Below are positions 51,037 through 64,000 of a DNA stretch of 64,000 nucleotides, one piece after another. Under the pieces are notes generated by a model, which was given only the letters and a program-made list of their open reading frames with translations, had not been told where the DNA came from and ran no database searches. Origin of the DNA: Raillietiella orientalis (lineage: Eukaryota); NCBI GenBank assembly GCA_036172245.1, contig JAYWIR010000002.1, positions 3,534,001 to 3,598,000 on the forward strand, written 5' to 3'. The position numbers and the translations under genes were made by a program. How positions within the stretch are numbered: position 1 is the stretch's first letter; each line of letters begins with the position of its first letter.

Positions 51037-52485
51037 GGAGCACACACAATTTCACACATATGTACACTGCGCTCATTACACACGGTACAGTTCAAGGTAC
51101 GTGAACACATACGTTATTACTCTCGTTCCACACACACACACACCCGCATATATATATGCATATATATATATATATGTGAAATGCACACATATGTAAGTAC
51201 GGGAACGAGAGAAATGACGTGCATTTACGCACCTTGGAGTGGAATGTACCGTGTGTAGTGAGCGCAGTTCTGGATGAAACCCGGAGGGGTCAGAGAAGAA
51301 CGATTCGTTCCGTGTTTCCAAGTTTTCCTCGGGATGGCCCCCGAGGATCTCCGATCGCGGGCCGGACTGGTAGGCCAAAGGAACGGCGGCGGGGCTGAGC
51401 CAGCGGTTGCTCTGCAGTCCGGCAGGCACCTCCCGAACTCCTCGAGGTATTCCGGGAGGTTGTCCCTCCCTTCCTTCCCTGGTCCGTTCTTGTGACGGGA
51501 TCTCAAGTCGAAGGGACCGCGAACGCAGCCTTCGGTTCCGCCGGCGGCTTTTCTCTTCGCCACGGTTCCCTCCCTTCCTCCTCTTTCAGGAGGTGAGAGA
51601 AGGAAAACTCCACGCAGCAGCTCTTCTTCGCGTGGCAGACCTCCAGGCCGAGATCTCCAAGATGGATCTCAGAGTTCCTCCCCATCTGCGAGGAATCAGA
51701 GCGGGACGGAAGGGCATTCTTCCAGAGAAAGAGATGCGCAAGACAGGAGACCCGCTCTGCACTTGTCCCCCGGTCTTTTTAAGGGATTCCCAGAGTCGGA
51801 AGGAGAGCAAAGGGAGCACTACGGAAGAAGGAATCGAGAAGCGAGGCGCCGTTGGCTGCAAGAGGAAAGAGCACCGGAAGCACATTTTTCTCTCCAAAAC
51901 ACCGGGGACAAACCGATGCATGTCACGTGTCACGTGCCCTCGGTCAGTCCCTACGCTCTCGAGCAATGATGGGGAAGCGAGCAGGTTTGGTCAAGGAGCG
52001 AACGGTTCCTCCCTTCGAAAGGGGAGAAGCTGGTTCCTGGTTCCACGTATCCGTCTCCAGGACGGTAGCGACAACAAAGGACAAGCGAATCGGCTGCCTA
52101 GAAACCGGTCCCGCCGGTGGTGGAGAGAAAGGGGAAGGGGAGCGTAAGATTTCCGCTCCGGCTAGAGGTTCCGGGGACTCAGCGCTGCAGACTGCGAAGG
52201 GATGCTGCTTCGGGGGGAAGCATCCCTCCCTCCCGCATCCGGAGGGTCTGTCCTCTTCCCTCCAACAATCCTCTTCCCGCGAAGACTGTTGCATGAAGAG
52301 GCAGCAGATCTTTCACGAGAGATGGGGAAGGGGAGGGGGGCTGAAAGGGAGAGAGGGAAAAAGATGGCTTCGAGTGGGAGCGGGAGGAGGAGGAGGGGAC
52401 CATGGCAACCGCGAGGAAGAGAACTGAGCGTGAAGCGAGAGTGCAACAAGACCAGGTTCTTTTACCCGAGCAGGAGGCTACTTAC

Positions 52486-52773
52486 TGTGAAGATCTCCGC
52501 TCTTGTCGTGCAGGCCTGGTCGCAGAGGCGCGATCTCGTCCTGACCGGTCGCTTCGATGTCCGCGCACTGGTTGCTTTCCCTAGAGCTGAGGTCAAGGCC
52601 CTTCGAGTCATGGTCGTCGTAGCCGTCTGACTGCTTTCCCGTCCACAAGCAGTTTTCCTTGTTGCACTCGCCCGCTTTGTGGCGGATGAAGGAAACGATG
52701 TCGGACAGGAGGTACTCTTTCTGGCACAAGCCGCATATCAGAACATCACAGCCGGAAGAAAAATAGGTCATCT
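52486..52773 (-). CDS. Bcl11: BCL11-family gene A, internal coding exon with N-terminal CCHC zinc finger (ZnF0); equivalent to vertebrate BCL11A exon 2
   Basis: Translation CDVLICGLCQKEYLLSDIVSFIRHKAGECNKENC matches the BCL11 pattern (human [29 protein letters not shown]). Acceptor ttgtatttcag|AG-ATG at 52774/52773 (phase 1). Donor CAC-A|gtaagt at 52486/52485 (phase 1). Confidence 0.9.
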
Positions 52774-54219
52774 CTGAAATACAACGTGATAGTGAGGAAC
52801 GGCGGCTGCTGCTGGGGAGGAGAGGGAAAAAGGGGGGAGGCTCCTTTCCCTCTCTTCGTTCGCATCCTCATTTGCGGCAGAACGCTTCAGCTGCGCACGC
52901 TGATCTCAATTTCTGAGAATGTCATCATCTGCCGAGTTATCCTTGACGGCAGCTCTCGGAGAGGAACGATTTCGTCTCGGTTCCAGAAAGCCACGGAGAC
53001 CGTGAGAGAGGTCTCAGAAATACCTCAAGCTTCTCCTCCTACCATTTCCAACAACGCACCCCGCCTTATTCCGGCATGCTCTAACGGAGACGGTTACCGC
53101 GGCTGCTGAAATGGTGAAGACGGGAAGGGGCAACTCTTGAGATCTTTCTGCGAAACATTCCCCCAAAGGCCTGATGACGCAACTCCTTTTTTGGCAGGTC
53201 AAGGATGCATTTTCTACAGTCAGCAGGAGTCGGCAGGCGAAAATACAAATAAAACAAATACTTGGCTAAGTGTGCGTGGCCTGAGCAGGCAACCTTCGGT
53301 GAACGTCTACAAGAACTGTTGGATCGAAAAGAAGACGGAAAAAAAAAAAAAGCAGACGAAGAGAGAATTCCTGATTCTCCGATGGATGTCAGAAGTTCAT
53401 CCACACATTGTTAAGATGCATTTTTATGTTGTGTATCTGCATATGGACTGTGCGATCAGTGTGCATGATGAGCTGAATCCTCAGCAAAAAAAAAAAAAAA
53501 AAGGCGAAAAAAAGGGGAAAAAAAAGTGCGTTCACGTAGAGCATGCTCCATCGTGCTTTATGCGTGCACAAGCGAATATTCCTCATATTTGCTTCCTCGG
53601 TGAAATAAATCCACAGCAACCACATTCGCGAAAAAGCAGGCGCGAAAAATTTCCGTAATTCACTCGCGCGCGGGCCTCGGAGAGGGAGCCGATCCGCACC
53701 CCGGCAACCGTTCGCGCCGGAATCCTTCCGCCTCCGCCGGTCAATCGATCAAACGCGTTCACCCATTGTTGGCGTCGGTATTTTTAGCTTCCTGGAGGCA
53801 AGAATCGCGCACGCTAATGATCGTGTTTTGCGCGCTTCCCAGTTCCTATCCATCCGTTCGCTGTGTTCCACTTTCGGGACCATCGCAGTCACGATAATTA
53901 TTGATAATTATTAAGTGAATTTGTTGAGTAAACGACCTCGGGGCGTTCAGAGTGCTGGTGTGGCGAGGAAGCCCGTCATGTCGACACCCCTGCGTACGGA
54001 ACGCGCCGTACCAAGGGGGAAGGGGGGGGAGGGAAAAAAGGAAAAAAAGAGGAACCGCGGAGACCATGGCAACGGTTCGTATTCTGCGCTGTGCTCTCTA
54101 TTGTGTGCAACATGTGTAATCGAGGCGTCAGCTGTGAAAGTCGTCGTTTTAAAACGTGTTATACCTGCGTTCCGAAAATGTCCTCCCAAACTGCTTGATT
54201 TATACGTATATCCGCGGAT

Positions 54220-54220
<1 letters not shown>

Positions 54221-54248
<28 letters not shown>
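54221..54248. repeat. (AC)14 microsatellite
   Basis: Direct reading. Confidence 0.93.
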
Positions 54249-54251
<3 letters not shown>

Positions 54252-55441
54252 TATGGTTGAATACGTACGTGTGCTCGGGGGTGGATTCGCATTTTCATGC
54301 TGGAAGATTGAAAAGACCAAGGGGACACGTGTACGTGTACGGGACTGCACTTTCGAGCCAGCGGCCGAAAAACCGACACGCCGGCGACGGTGAAAACGAA
54401 ACTGAGGCGAGGAAAGTGAAATTTCTGGCGCTCAGATTCGAACGAGCGCACGGTGGAGCTCGTCCGGTCTCACCTAAGGCTAGGGCTGGTCACCACTTTC
54501 AAAGGGGGAGGGAGCTGTCGGGAATGGGCCGGAATGTGGGGGGAAGCAGCAGCGCCGGGAACGTAACCGGGTAAACTAACTTTAGCTTAAAATTAAAAAA
54601 AAAAATACGAACAATAACGTGTGTGGTTTCTCCCCCCCCCCTTCCCCCATCGGTGGTGGTAGCCGCACAAAGCGAATGGGAGTGGGCCATGAAAAAGATT
54701 CGGAACGTTCCGCGAGGCAGAAAAGAGGGAGGGAGACTCCATTCTTGCATTTTTTTTTTTTCTTTTTTTTGGCAAATGGGGGGGGGGGGGAGATCCCTAT
54801 GCGTTCCGAGCGCTACATTCACCACAGGGAAAAAGCTTCCTGGATGGGAACGGAAGACCGTCACGCGCTGCTGTGAGGATGTTATTTTTTTTTCCCGTCG
54901 TCGCCTTGCGCGCGGTTGCGGTGCTCCGACGTCGCGGGCACACGAGAGCTGCGTGGCCCGCACGTATCCGGAAAACCAAAAAAAAAAGAAAAAAAAGAGG
55001 AAACCTAAAGAGCACACAAGAAAGCAGGAAGATCCCTCGGCGAGCTCGCTCGGTTCGGGGAGGCGCCGCTGTTTCCGATGTGCTATGACCCGCTCAAAGA
55101 GTAAAACTTCACGTTGAGGAGGACGGGAGGGGGGGGGGCGCGGAGGAGAAAATACACGCGTCACTTGGGCGGAGGCGAAGACCCGGAAACTTGAGGTGAG
55201 GATAACGCGGACGTTCCAAGGGAGGTGTGTGGAGCGGAAGTCCACGAGATCGAACATCCCCCCGCGAGGATGGATGAGGACGAAGCTGTCCTCGTGTGCA
55301 GCTGGCCGTCGCTCCGGCGGCGCGCATATATAAAAATAAACCAAACGGACTGGAGGAGGCGAAAGCAGGAGCAGCTCTCCTTTCCTGAGAGGGACGGGAA
55401 GCAGGAAGTGCAAAGTGCAGGGTTCTTACGGAGACGCGCAA

Positions 55442-55459
55442 GCGCGCGCGCGCGCGCGC
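55442..55459. repeat. (GC)9 run, potential Z-DNA former
   Basis: Direct reading; continues into ACACAC. Confidence 0.88.
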
Positions 55460-58400
55460 ACACACGCGAAGACGCAAGTCGTATCAATCAGCTGCAAGAG
55501 GGAACGCCAGTGCCGCTCGCTTCTCTCTATCCCCGCCCCCTCACGCACACACTCCCGGGATCGGCGCGCGCCAGGAACGGGAAGCACGTGTTTCGGAGCG
55601 GCGAAACGGCGGCGGCGATCAACAGGGGAGGCGCGTGCATTTTCCCTTTGCCCTAGAGGACGGGAAGCACGGACGGATCCATCCTCTTCTCCCGGAGTCA
55701 TCCCACCCTGGGGTCTTCCCTCCTGTTCCCCTACTCCCCTCGTCGATCCTCGGCCCCGATTTTCTTGCGGATTTCTTTTCCCGGGTCTCATCTGGCCATC
55801 TCCGAGCAACAAGGCGATCTCCAGGGTGTGATGGTGGTGGGTGGGTGGGGGAAAACGGGGGGGGAGGAGAAGAAGTCTTTTTTTTTTTTCTTCGCGGTCT
55901 GCTCCCCTTTCTCCCCTCCATCCTCCCGGATCAAGAAACCGACCCTCGTTTAGCTCGGACGGTCCCTGTTCCCTCCTCCTTACCCTCCGCGGTGTTCTGG
56001 TCACACGGGTTTTCCATCCGCGCTCCCCTGTCCTTTTCTTCCCGATACCGCGCTCTTTGTTTCGTGTTCGCGGCGGGACGACCGGGTCCGCCGCGAACGC
56101 GAAACATTCCGTCTTTGTCGATGGGCGAAGACGGTGCACCGGGAGGAAATCCCATGAAGAAAGAACCAGCGTGGAGCGCTCGAATAATGGGAGCCGGAGG
56201 AGAGCGACCTCCGGAGAGGGGGGTGACGCTTCCTTCCTCCCGCTGTCACCTCCACTGCTGCCACTGCACCTCGACAAAGAGCGAAAAGGTGGAACAGGAA
56301 GAGAGGCATCCCTACACCCGCGGACGAAAGCGCGAGCGGCGGCGCGCGCAGCCGCTCCTTTCCTCCTCGCCCAGCTCACGTCTTTGTCCTCCTCCCCACC
56401 GCCGCCACCGCCGCTCTCCGGTCGTGTTTCCCACCCACCGCAGGTTCGTTGTCCCCGAGAGCGCGACAGTTCTTCCCGCGTCTCGGATTTCGCTTTCCGC
56501 CGGGTGGCGAAGGCTTTCCGGCGGAGAACCTGCAGGGAATATCCCAAAGAGACGTCCCGTCTCGCTAGGCGAAGATGCTCGCGGACGTAACACACACCCC
56601 ATCCCCCGCCCTTCCCCCTCTTCTTTCGTCTGAGGAGAATCGAAAGGCGGGGGGCGGGTAGGCAGGACGGACAAGGTTGGAAGCACCTTGTGGGGAGAGG
56701 GAGGGGGGGAGAGGCAGGACCGGAAGGCCACGTCCCGCTGGAGCAACGTCCAAGAACTCTTGGACTCTTGGACCACGCCTCCCTCTTCCCGAGAACCTCT
56801 TCAGCTGAGGATACCACGAGCCCCATCCTCATGCCGTTCGGGAGAACGGACCACGGGAAGCCTTTTTGAGCGCTCGCGGTCCCGGTCCCTGTGCAGTTCG
56901 CGCGAGGAGGCCCTCGAATTCCGAAGGATCCGGGACTGAAGTGCCATCCCGTCCCGAGTTCACGGACCTCGTCTCGCATGTCCGACGGAGGAGCGAAGGG
57001 AGCCGGTTCATCTTGCCATTCCCAGGCAGCTTGCGAGAGCGGCGGACGGAGCGGAAGGGCGGGAAGCCAATCTCTCCCTCTCTCTGCTGCACCGTGAAGA
57101 GCAGCAGCGTTCTGGAGGTGCGGTTGTGCGATGGGTGAGAACGGTTCCCCTCGGAGGGGAGGCGGAAGGAGGGGGAGGAAAGACTTCCCGGACGCGCCCA
57201 CTGGGCTTCAAGCGATGAGGTCACTTCGGTGAGCAGGGACGAGGGCGGAGAGTACCGTGGAGCGCAGCTGGGAGCCCGCGCGGTCGCTTCACTTCTTCCT
57301 AACGGGGAAATCCGAACGGCGAGTTCCCTTCCCTCAGCCTAGGACCCGACAGGCAGAAGGCGTTCCAGGCTCGGCACCGTCAGGGCTCTTTCTAGCCCCG
57401 TCCGCGGGAGGGTGCGTTTCGGGAACCCAGCCGCGGAAAGGTTCCAGCACTCCCCTGCTCGTGTGCCGCCGCGGACGTTCTTGCTGCCACGAACTCCGAG
57501 GGATTCCTCGGGCTCGTCTCAGCCACAACTCCCGAGAACCGTCAGAAAAGTTCTCCCCCCCCCCCTTCCCCCTTCCGGGAACGTAATGCTGGTTGGCGGA
57601 AGGCGGCGAAGGTGACGGGCGAGTCGGTCGGATGTCTCCCGGACAGGAGCAGGCTGGAAGCCTCGTCGCGTAAACACCCACCTCCATGAAGCCCGATAAA
57701 AATAGCTTCTCCAAGCAGAGGGAGGTTCGCTCGTATCGGAAGGCAGAAGAAGGAAGGTCCGGCAAGAGGCGAACGCGTGCCAAGAAAAGATCGGAGCTCT
57801 CGAGGGGGCGGTTCTTCCCATGGGGAGAGAGGAGGAGGAAAGAAATCCCACACTGCTTACGAGCGACGCGGAAAGACACGGGCTGCTGGGAGAACGGCAG
57901 CTCTCCAGAGTGCGGGAAAGGGGAGGGGGGAGGGCTAACAGACGGTCCAGAGGTTATTGGCAACTGCACCGACCGCTTCAGGAGAGGATCTGGCAAACGA
58001 GCTCTCGTTCGGGTCTAGAGGAGAGCGCCGTGGGCATGCATTCTTCCCCTCCTCCTCCTCGCTCCTCGAGGAAACACCCGCGCGCGCGTTCGCATCACGA
58101 AAAGGAGAAGAGGGAGGGGGGAGTCTCGGACGGATTCGCGCTGTGCAGCCGCCACCACCGGTCCCGCGAGACCTTCGGGAAGCTCAGTTGCTCGTCTCCA
58201 GACGAACTGCTGGAACGCCCCTCGCGCCTACCTGCCTGCAGACCCGGATCCTCGTCCTGAAGCCTTGCTGGCAGCCGAATAATGGTCTCTGACAATGGCC
58301 GATCTGTTCCGAGGGGGGCGGTTCCGCTGGGAATCCCGCGCTTCCTCAGAAGAAGTCTGAGAGCGAATAGGAACTTTTCGAGGCGCCCGGACGCGAAGAA

Positions 58401-61400
58401 AAGGAAAAGAAAAAAAGAAAAAAAAAATAATCTCTTTCTTCGGCTTCAGGAGAGAAAGATCGAATGCAAACGAGTGCGAAGCACCGCTGCGCGTCCCTGA
58501 AACCTGACCAAGGGGCGATTCCTCCTTAGAAACGGGAACGACGGGAGCATCTGAATGAGAATTCGGACGGCAGAGTTCTCTCGTTGAACCCACGGTGGGT
58601 GTTGCCGTGTTGGCATCGCTTTGTAGCCTTAACAAACGCCCCTTCACCACGGGTTCGCCTTCCAGAAACACCAGCGTTCTGAACGGTGTGCACCGAGGCG
58701 CAAGCATTCGTTGCTTCGCGCACGTATGGAAGAGCCACACGGCGGAAGCGAAAACCTTCCTGCTGAAAACCCGCACGACTTCCGGTCCGCCCCTTCTTGC
58801 ATCGACCGCGGCATCTTCGCCCCCCCCCGTTCGTCCCCCACTTGCTCTCTTCTTCCAATGTGGTGCTGCTCTTTCCCGTGTTACCGGACAAACGGAAAGA
58901 ATGCGATCTGCGCGCCCGAGACCGTCGCTATCAATGGAAAGCAGCAGCCCACAGGCTTTTATCGTCTCATTTACTGATCGTACAGCACCAGATAAGACGT
59001 GCGAGCGAGGGAAGGAGATGCTTCGCCGATGCTTCGCCACAATCAGAAAATTCTCAGGGCGAGCGAAGCACTCGAGGATGCGGGGTCACGCGAGGATCTC
59101 TGGACTTTGAAGTGAATTTCGGTTCCCAAGTTGAGGGCTTTTAATACATCAAGTCGAAGAGCAGATCCGGCGCCATGTCCGGAACGGAGTTCCTTATCGG
59201 AAACAGCGGCAGTGGGCCTTCCGAATCGCAAGGGCCGTCGTCACGCATCTCTCTCTTTAATTCCGCGGAGGAGCTGCAAGCCCGCGTTTTCGCTTTCGCC
59301 GTCAACGGCGACGAATGTGGGACCGTTCTCCTTTGTGCTTTCCCCGTTTCCGAGAGTACTTCGCCGCCTGTTTTTTTTTTTTTTTTTTTTATCCTGGCGT
59401 CCACCTCTCGAGTGGTTGGAATTTCCCGCATGTCTCTCCCGTTCATTTCGTTTGGCTTCCCCCCCCCCCCTTCCGAAGTTCACGGAGGAGGAGGCACTTC
59501 ACCTGGAAACGAAGGCTGGTTTCCTCCTCTTTCCGCTTCACGCGCGGAGTCCCGGTCGTGCCATCTTCAACGGGAGGTGCAGGGCTTCGGTTGCTTACCC
59601 GCGTGGATTGCGCGACCCTTTCTTCGCGCGCCGCAAGGCCAAAACAAAAAACAAAAAACAAACAGGCACCAAGAGAAGAAGCAAGCGGACGGACTTCTAA
59701 GCGTGGTCTGAGGACTCCCTGAGCGTTCCTTTCAGAAGTGCGGGAGATCCTTTCGGCAACCTCAGCGGAGAGCTGTTGAGTGTCCTCGCCATGAGCTCCC
59801 GACCCCATTGCTGTCTCGGGAGTCTCACCACCACGCTCGTACCCATACGCATTCTCCGTCGTTCAGTATTTGGCAGCTTCACAGCTGCCGACGCAGCGTT
59901 CTTAAAATACAGAAACGGATAAAGGGACGTGGAGCCAGCATTCACCTCGCGGCGCACTGGTCATATCCAGAGGAAATGCGTCGCCGAAATCGAGTCGGGC
60001 ACAGTCGCTCCTTGGGCAGCCGAACAGTCGTCCAACTACCTGCAAGCTAATCACGGCGCCGTTTCCATAGAAACGGTAAAGGCGAGTCCCCAGGGTGAGT
60101 TTCTTGTACGCGAATGGAGGAATTCCCATGTACTGCTTTGTGGCAGCATTCTCTTAGAAGATTAATGGTTCTCTTTCGGCCATCGAGTATTTAGCTTATC
60201 CAGTAGTATGGTCTGAGGCTATAATAGTCCATTGTCCAGCAAACACAAACAGAAATAATTCGAGGAAATCCGTTGTCCTTATGTTTACAGCCAGACGAGG
60301 ATAAAGCGCACGATTTTCCCGCCTCTTTAAAACGCCATAGAAGTCCCATGGTTGTCTCCAGCAGCGAACTATTTACTGACCACAAATGTGATCATCAGGA
60401 ATGACCAGGAAGAACGAAAACAGAAACCTTGCGATTGGTTTCTTTTTAGTATGGTTAACAGATGGAAACAGCGTATGTGCACTGCCTTTTCTTTTCACAT
60501 TAAAAATCGGGAATACGAGGGAAGAATGGGGCTCTCCTTTAAGTTTTCAATGACTTATAGAACCATCATTGCCACATGCATGAAAAGAGCATCGTTCTTC
60601 CCGACCGCTCCCATTCTTTCACGGAACGCGCACTCCTTCCAGATTTTGCATTTCGAACCTGCAGACGAAGACGCATGAGGTCAGGAGGCACGATGCGATT
60701 ACTCGAGCGTCTCCCGTCCGCATCTTCGGGAAACGCCCTCAGAGGACGCGAGCGAGGGATGGAATTCTGGTTGGCTATTAAATTATCTCAGATTAGCGCA
60801 GGCCTGACAACTATTCGCGCAACGCGAATTTGCATGGCGTTCCTGCTCGCCTCTCCGAGCTCCCGGAAGCCGAACGAGGACCTCAAGAGCTTCCCATAAG
60901 AGTTCCCTGACTGTCCTTCGTGGCGCGTTCCGGTCAGTGCCAACGGGGACGCATCGTGACCGAAAGAGTTCGTGCCGCGGTTCCGCGCGAGGAAGGCAAG
61001 AAGAAGTTGACGAGGCTCGTCCTCGATCCCTTTCGCTCCCGTGTGAGCCCCTCAACTACGAGGAGCTGAGGCGCTTGGGAATCCCTCTGGGCTTCGGTAC
61101 CCGCGCGGCGCAGGTGACGAACCACGGGAGGCAGTTTTATTGCAAAGGTCAAGATGGACGCGTCTGGTACACTGCGAAGGATGGAAACTCATCCCCGTGA
61201 GAGCATCGTCAGGGAGAGGTGCCATCGCGGTGGACCTTTCAGCATTTTCGTGGGCGCCGGCTTGTTGGCTCGCGGTGGCAGCTCGGAAAAATCCGCTGGC
61301 TCGGAAGATGGCGGCTGGATCGCAGGCCTCTCCTTGCAAAGGTGGCTAAGGGGCAGCTGAAGGTCCACTAGAGCGTTTCGCACGAACGCTCCAGGTTCGC

Positions 61401-63229
61401 GTGGTCCCGCCTGGAAGGGAGTGTTTCGCGTGGTTCTGTTCAGCCCGCCCCGCCACGACCGGGAATCTGGGGGACCTGGAGTCTCGTAAGGCGCCGCGAA
61501 AGGGGTGGGGCGGTCCTCGCTGCTACTGCTACGGACGCCCCGGGTCGGAGTCGTTCCGGACCGGAAATCCGGCCAAGGAGGATCGGGAGCGAGAGACTGG
61601 AACCAGGGGCGAGAGCAGGCAACCGGAACTCCAGGAACCTGAGGAGCTTGGACTGCTTCTGTGGAAGCCTCCTGGGAGGAGGAAGAATCCCGTGCCGCCC
61701 AGTCCGAGCCGCCCAGCTGACGTGGACGCGCGCTTTCGAAGCGGAAGGTCGCTGCCGAGGGCGGCTCTATAGAGGGAAGGGAAGAAACGGGGAGAGAGGG
61801 GAGGGGGCGAGCAGCAGCGGAAGCCACGAGGAAGCGTAGATAGCAAGAAACCGCGAGGCGGGCGGCTTTTCCGAGGTTCCTCCTCCGCGCGCGCCGCCGG
61901 GACCTCAACGGGAAGACCGCGAGTGGCGGCGGGTTGCTGGCTGCTGCATCGTCGGGAGCGCCGCCGTTTCCACCTGCGTGCGTGGCTAAGTGGCCTCGTT
62001 CCTCTCCCATCGCGGGTGGGGGAGACCTGCGAGGATGGAAGCGGAGCGTCGCGTTGTCAAGGTGACAGACGAAAGTGCGCAGCAGCAACGTATGTGGCAG
62101 GTTTGCTCACGCGACCGCGTGTGTGTGTGTGTGTGTGTTTTTTTTTATTTCCCTCTTTCTTCCATTTTCTATGGAGCAGCATTTTCTTGTTTCTCGTCGT
62201 CGTGTGTCCAGACGAAAGTATTCGGGCAGCGGAGGGGGAGGGAAGCGCAAGCTCCCGAGCAGCCTCTTCTCGCGGGATGGGAGGGAACAGGCGGGGGTCT
62301 GCGTTTTCCACGCCATTGTTCGCTCGAAAAAAAAAAAAAAAAAAGAAGGAAAGAAGAAAGAAAGGGACCTCGAGCAGACGCGCGCGCACGTGGATGTCCC
62401 GGAGCCACATCGGAAGCGGCGGCGCTCCTGACGGGGCACCGGTGGTCCGGGATAGGCGTTCGCGCGTCGCTGGGAGTGGGTCACAGGAAGAGATTTGGGA
62501 AGGGAGGGGGCACGTTTTTTGTCGACGCACCGCCTGTTGGGAACGAAGGGATGCCGATTTTTTCGTCCCCGTTCCCGGACTGGACTGCGCACCGACCTAG
62601 AGGCCGGGGGGGGGGGGGAGGTTCGGGGTCGCCGACGCGCTTGCATTCCTTCCGCGTCCCCAGTCAGCCTCCTGCATCCACTCTGCACATTTGGCACCTA
62701 CGCCACTGGAGCCACCTCGCCGCTTTTCCCGCTTTATTTTTCGTAGGCGAGTCGACGACGGGGATGCCTCGTGGCTCCACTCGGGGGATGAAACGGCCGC
62801 GGGGTCTGTGCTCCAGGAAACCGAGGATGGGAAGGAAGGGGAAGCTCTCCTCTGCGAAGGGGTCATCGGTCGGGGCTCGAAAGTGCACTCGGCAAGGGTC
62901 AGGAGGGGGGAGAAAGGGGAGGGTCGTGTACTGAGGGCGAAAGTGGGAAGGCTGCTCACTGAGTTCGGGACGACGCGGAGCCCGAGGGTGGTCAGCACGC
63001 CTGGGAGCAAACACAGCGACCGACGGCGGCGGGAGGAGATTGGAAGGCGGGGGGGGGGGGGGGAAGGACGACTCCGGCTCGCCGCCGCCGCCGCCGCCCT
63101 AAGAGGGAGGTGCGTCTGCACCCATCCGGTGATCTCGCGAAGTGTTGCCGGCTCCTGCACCGCGGCGGCCGAGAAATCCCTCCGCTCCCCACTCGCCGAG
63201 CAGGGACGAGCGAATTTCCCAGTCCCTCT

Positions 63230-63258
63230 GCCTCCTCCTCCTCCTCCTCCTCCTCCTC
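63230..63258. repeat. (CCT)n trinucleotide repeat
   Basis: Direct reading. Confidence 0.9.
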
Positions 63259-64000
63259 TTCCTTGCCCGTCCTCCCTCCCGATTTTCAATAATGCAAGGA
63301 GAGCGCTTTGGCAGACCAGCCGGGAAGGTGGGCGGAATTTGGCACATCCTCGTGAGTAGAGCGAACGCGGGAGATGGAAATAGAACCCGCTATTTCAGTT
63401 CCTCGATGTTGGGGTTCGCGGGATTTCACGAGGATGAACGGCGTGCCCGACGGAGACACGGATTTCCCTCCCTCACCTCCTTTTTTCCCGCTTTTCGCCT
63501 GCACACACGCGCGCGGCCAGAGTTCTCCAGGGAAAGCGGGGGTGGGGAGTGTCGCGTGTGTGTCGAAAGACGCACACGCGAGAACAACCGGGCGGGGGGG
63601 GGGGGCATCCGGAAATCCCGTTAGCTGCCCGGCCTTTCCTGTTTCGGAGATTTCGCGTCCCGGCAAAAGTTCCGCCCTCGCCAGAGGAAGCGACGAGGCA
63701 AAACGGAGTCTCCGGGAAGCCTCATTGCCTTCCCAACGGGGAGGGAGGGAGGGGGGCGAGGAGGGGGACGCTGTCCTCGCCCCGAAGCTTCGGAAAAGGT
63801 ACGGTCGCAGTCACCGCGGTTCTTCGCGGAGCGCCTGCGACCGCTGGCCTGCGAAGCTGCGATGACGGTCCACGTGGTCGGAGATCACAGTTACGCGGCA
63901 CCCTTCCCCCCACCCCCTCACCCCTGTGGAGGAAGTCCTGAGAGACGAGCCGGGCAGGGTGGTGGACTGCACCTCTAGAACGAGGGTGGGGGCGAGGGGA

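Larger units (their letters stand above)
46473..52485 (-). other. 6013-nt GT-AG intron of gene A
   Basis: GTAAGT donor. Branch-like GCTGACTAAT at 46499-46490 followed by ccgcccctcctccgtag acceptor. Phase 1 at both ends (A+GT = Ser). Extra cassette exons inside cannot be excluded. Confidence 0.8.

Noticed and set aside
55426-57201. 591-aa minus-strand ORF upstream of the ZnF0 exon
   Set aside because: No BCL11 or other motif and crosses simple repeats; not a credible exon 1.
61051-61095. LNYEELRRLGIPLG resembles part of a SAM domain
   Set aside because: The expected following helix and flanking splice sites are not evident; likely chance.

Overview
Eukaryotic (metazoan, probably arthropod and possibly chelicerate) genomic DNA. 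It is GC- and CpG-rich, dense in microsatellites and homopolymers, and mostly non-coding. The only well-supported coding content is a BCL11A/B-family (Drosophila CG9650/Chronophage-like) zinc-finger locus on the minus strand. Gene A has three visible coding exons: 52773-52486 (CCHC 'ZnF0'), 46472-46210 (ZnF1) and 46135-44657 ([12 protein letters not shown] motif, acidic tract, C-terminal triple zinc finger), giving about 675 aa from the ATG at 52771. It appears to lack the central zinc-finger pair, and its last two exons join in frame only through a 74-nt intron or a 1-nt indel. About 33 kb downstream of gene A, on the same strand, lies an isolated short first coding exon (CAAC-ATG, MRIKMPPLRITL-G|GTAAG, 11924-11888). 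It resembles the arthropod BCL11 N-terminus as I recall it, implying a tandem paralogue, an exon-order or assembly anomaly, or trans-splicing. Several perfect palindromes with alternating purine-pyrimidine cores and a pre-miRNA-like hairpin are also present. The many other long ORFs in the track look like GC artefacts. No rRNA, tRNA, CRISPR array or recognisable transposon ORF was seen. All of this was read by eye, without searches.
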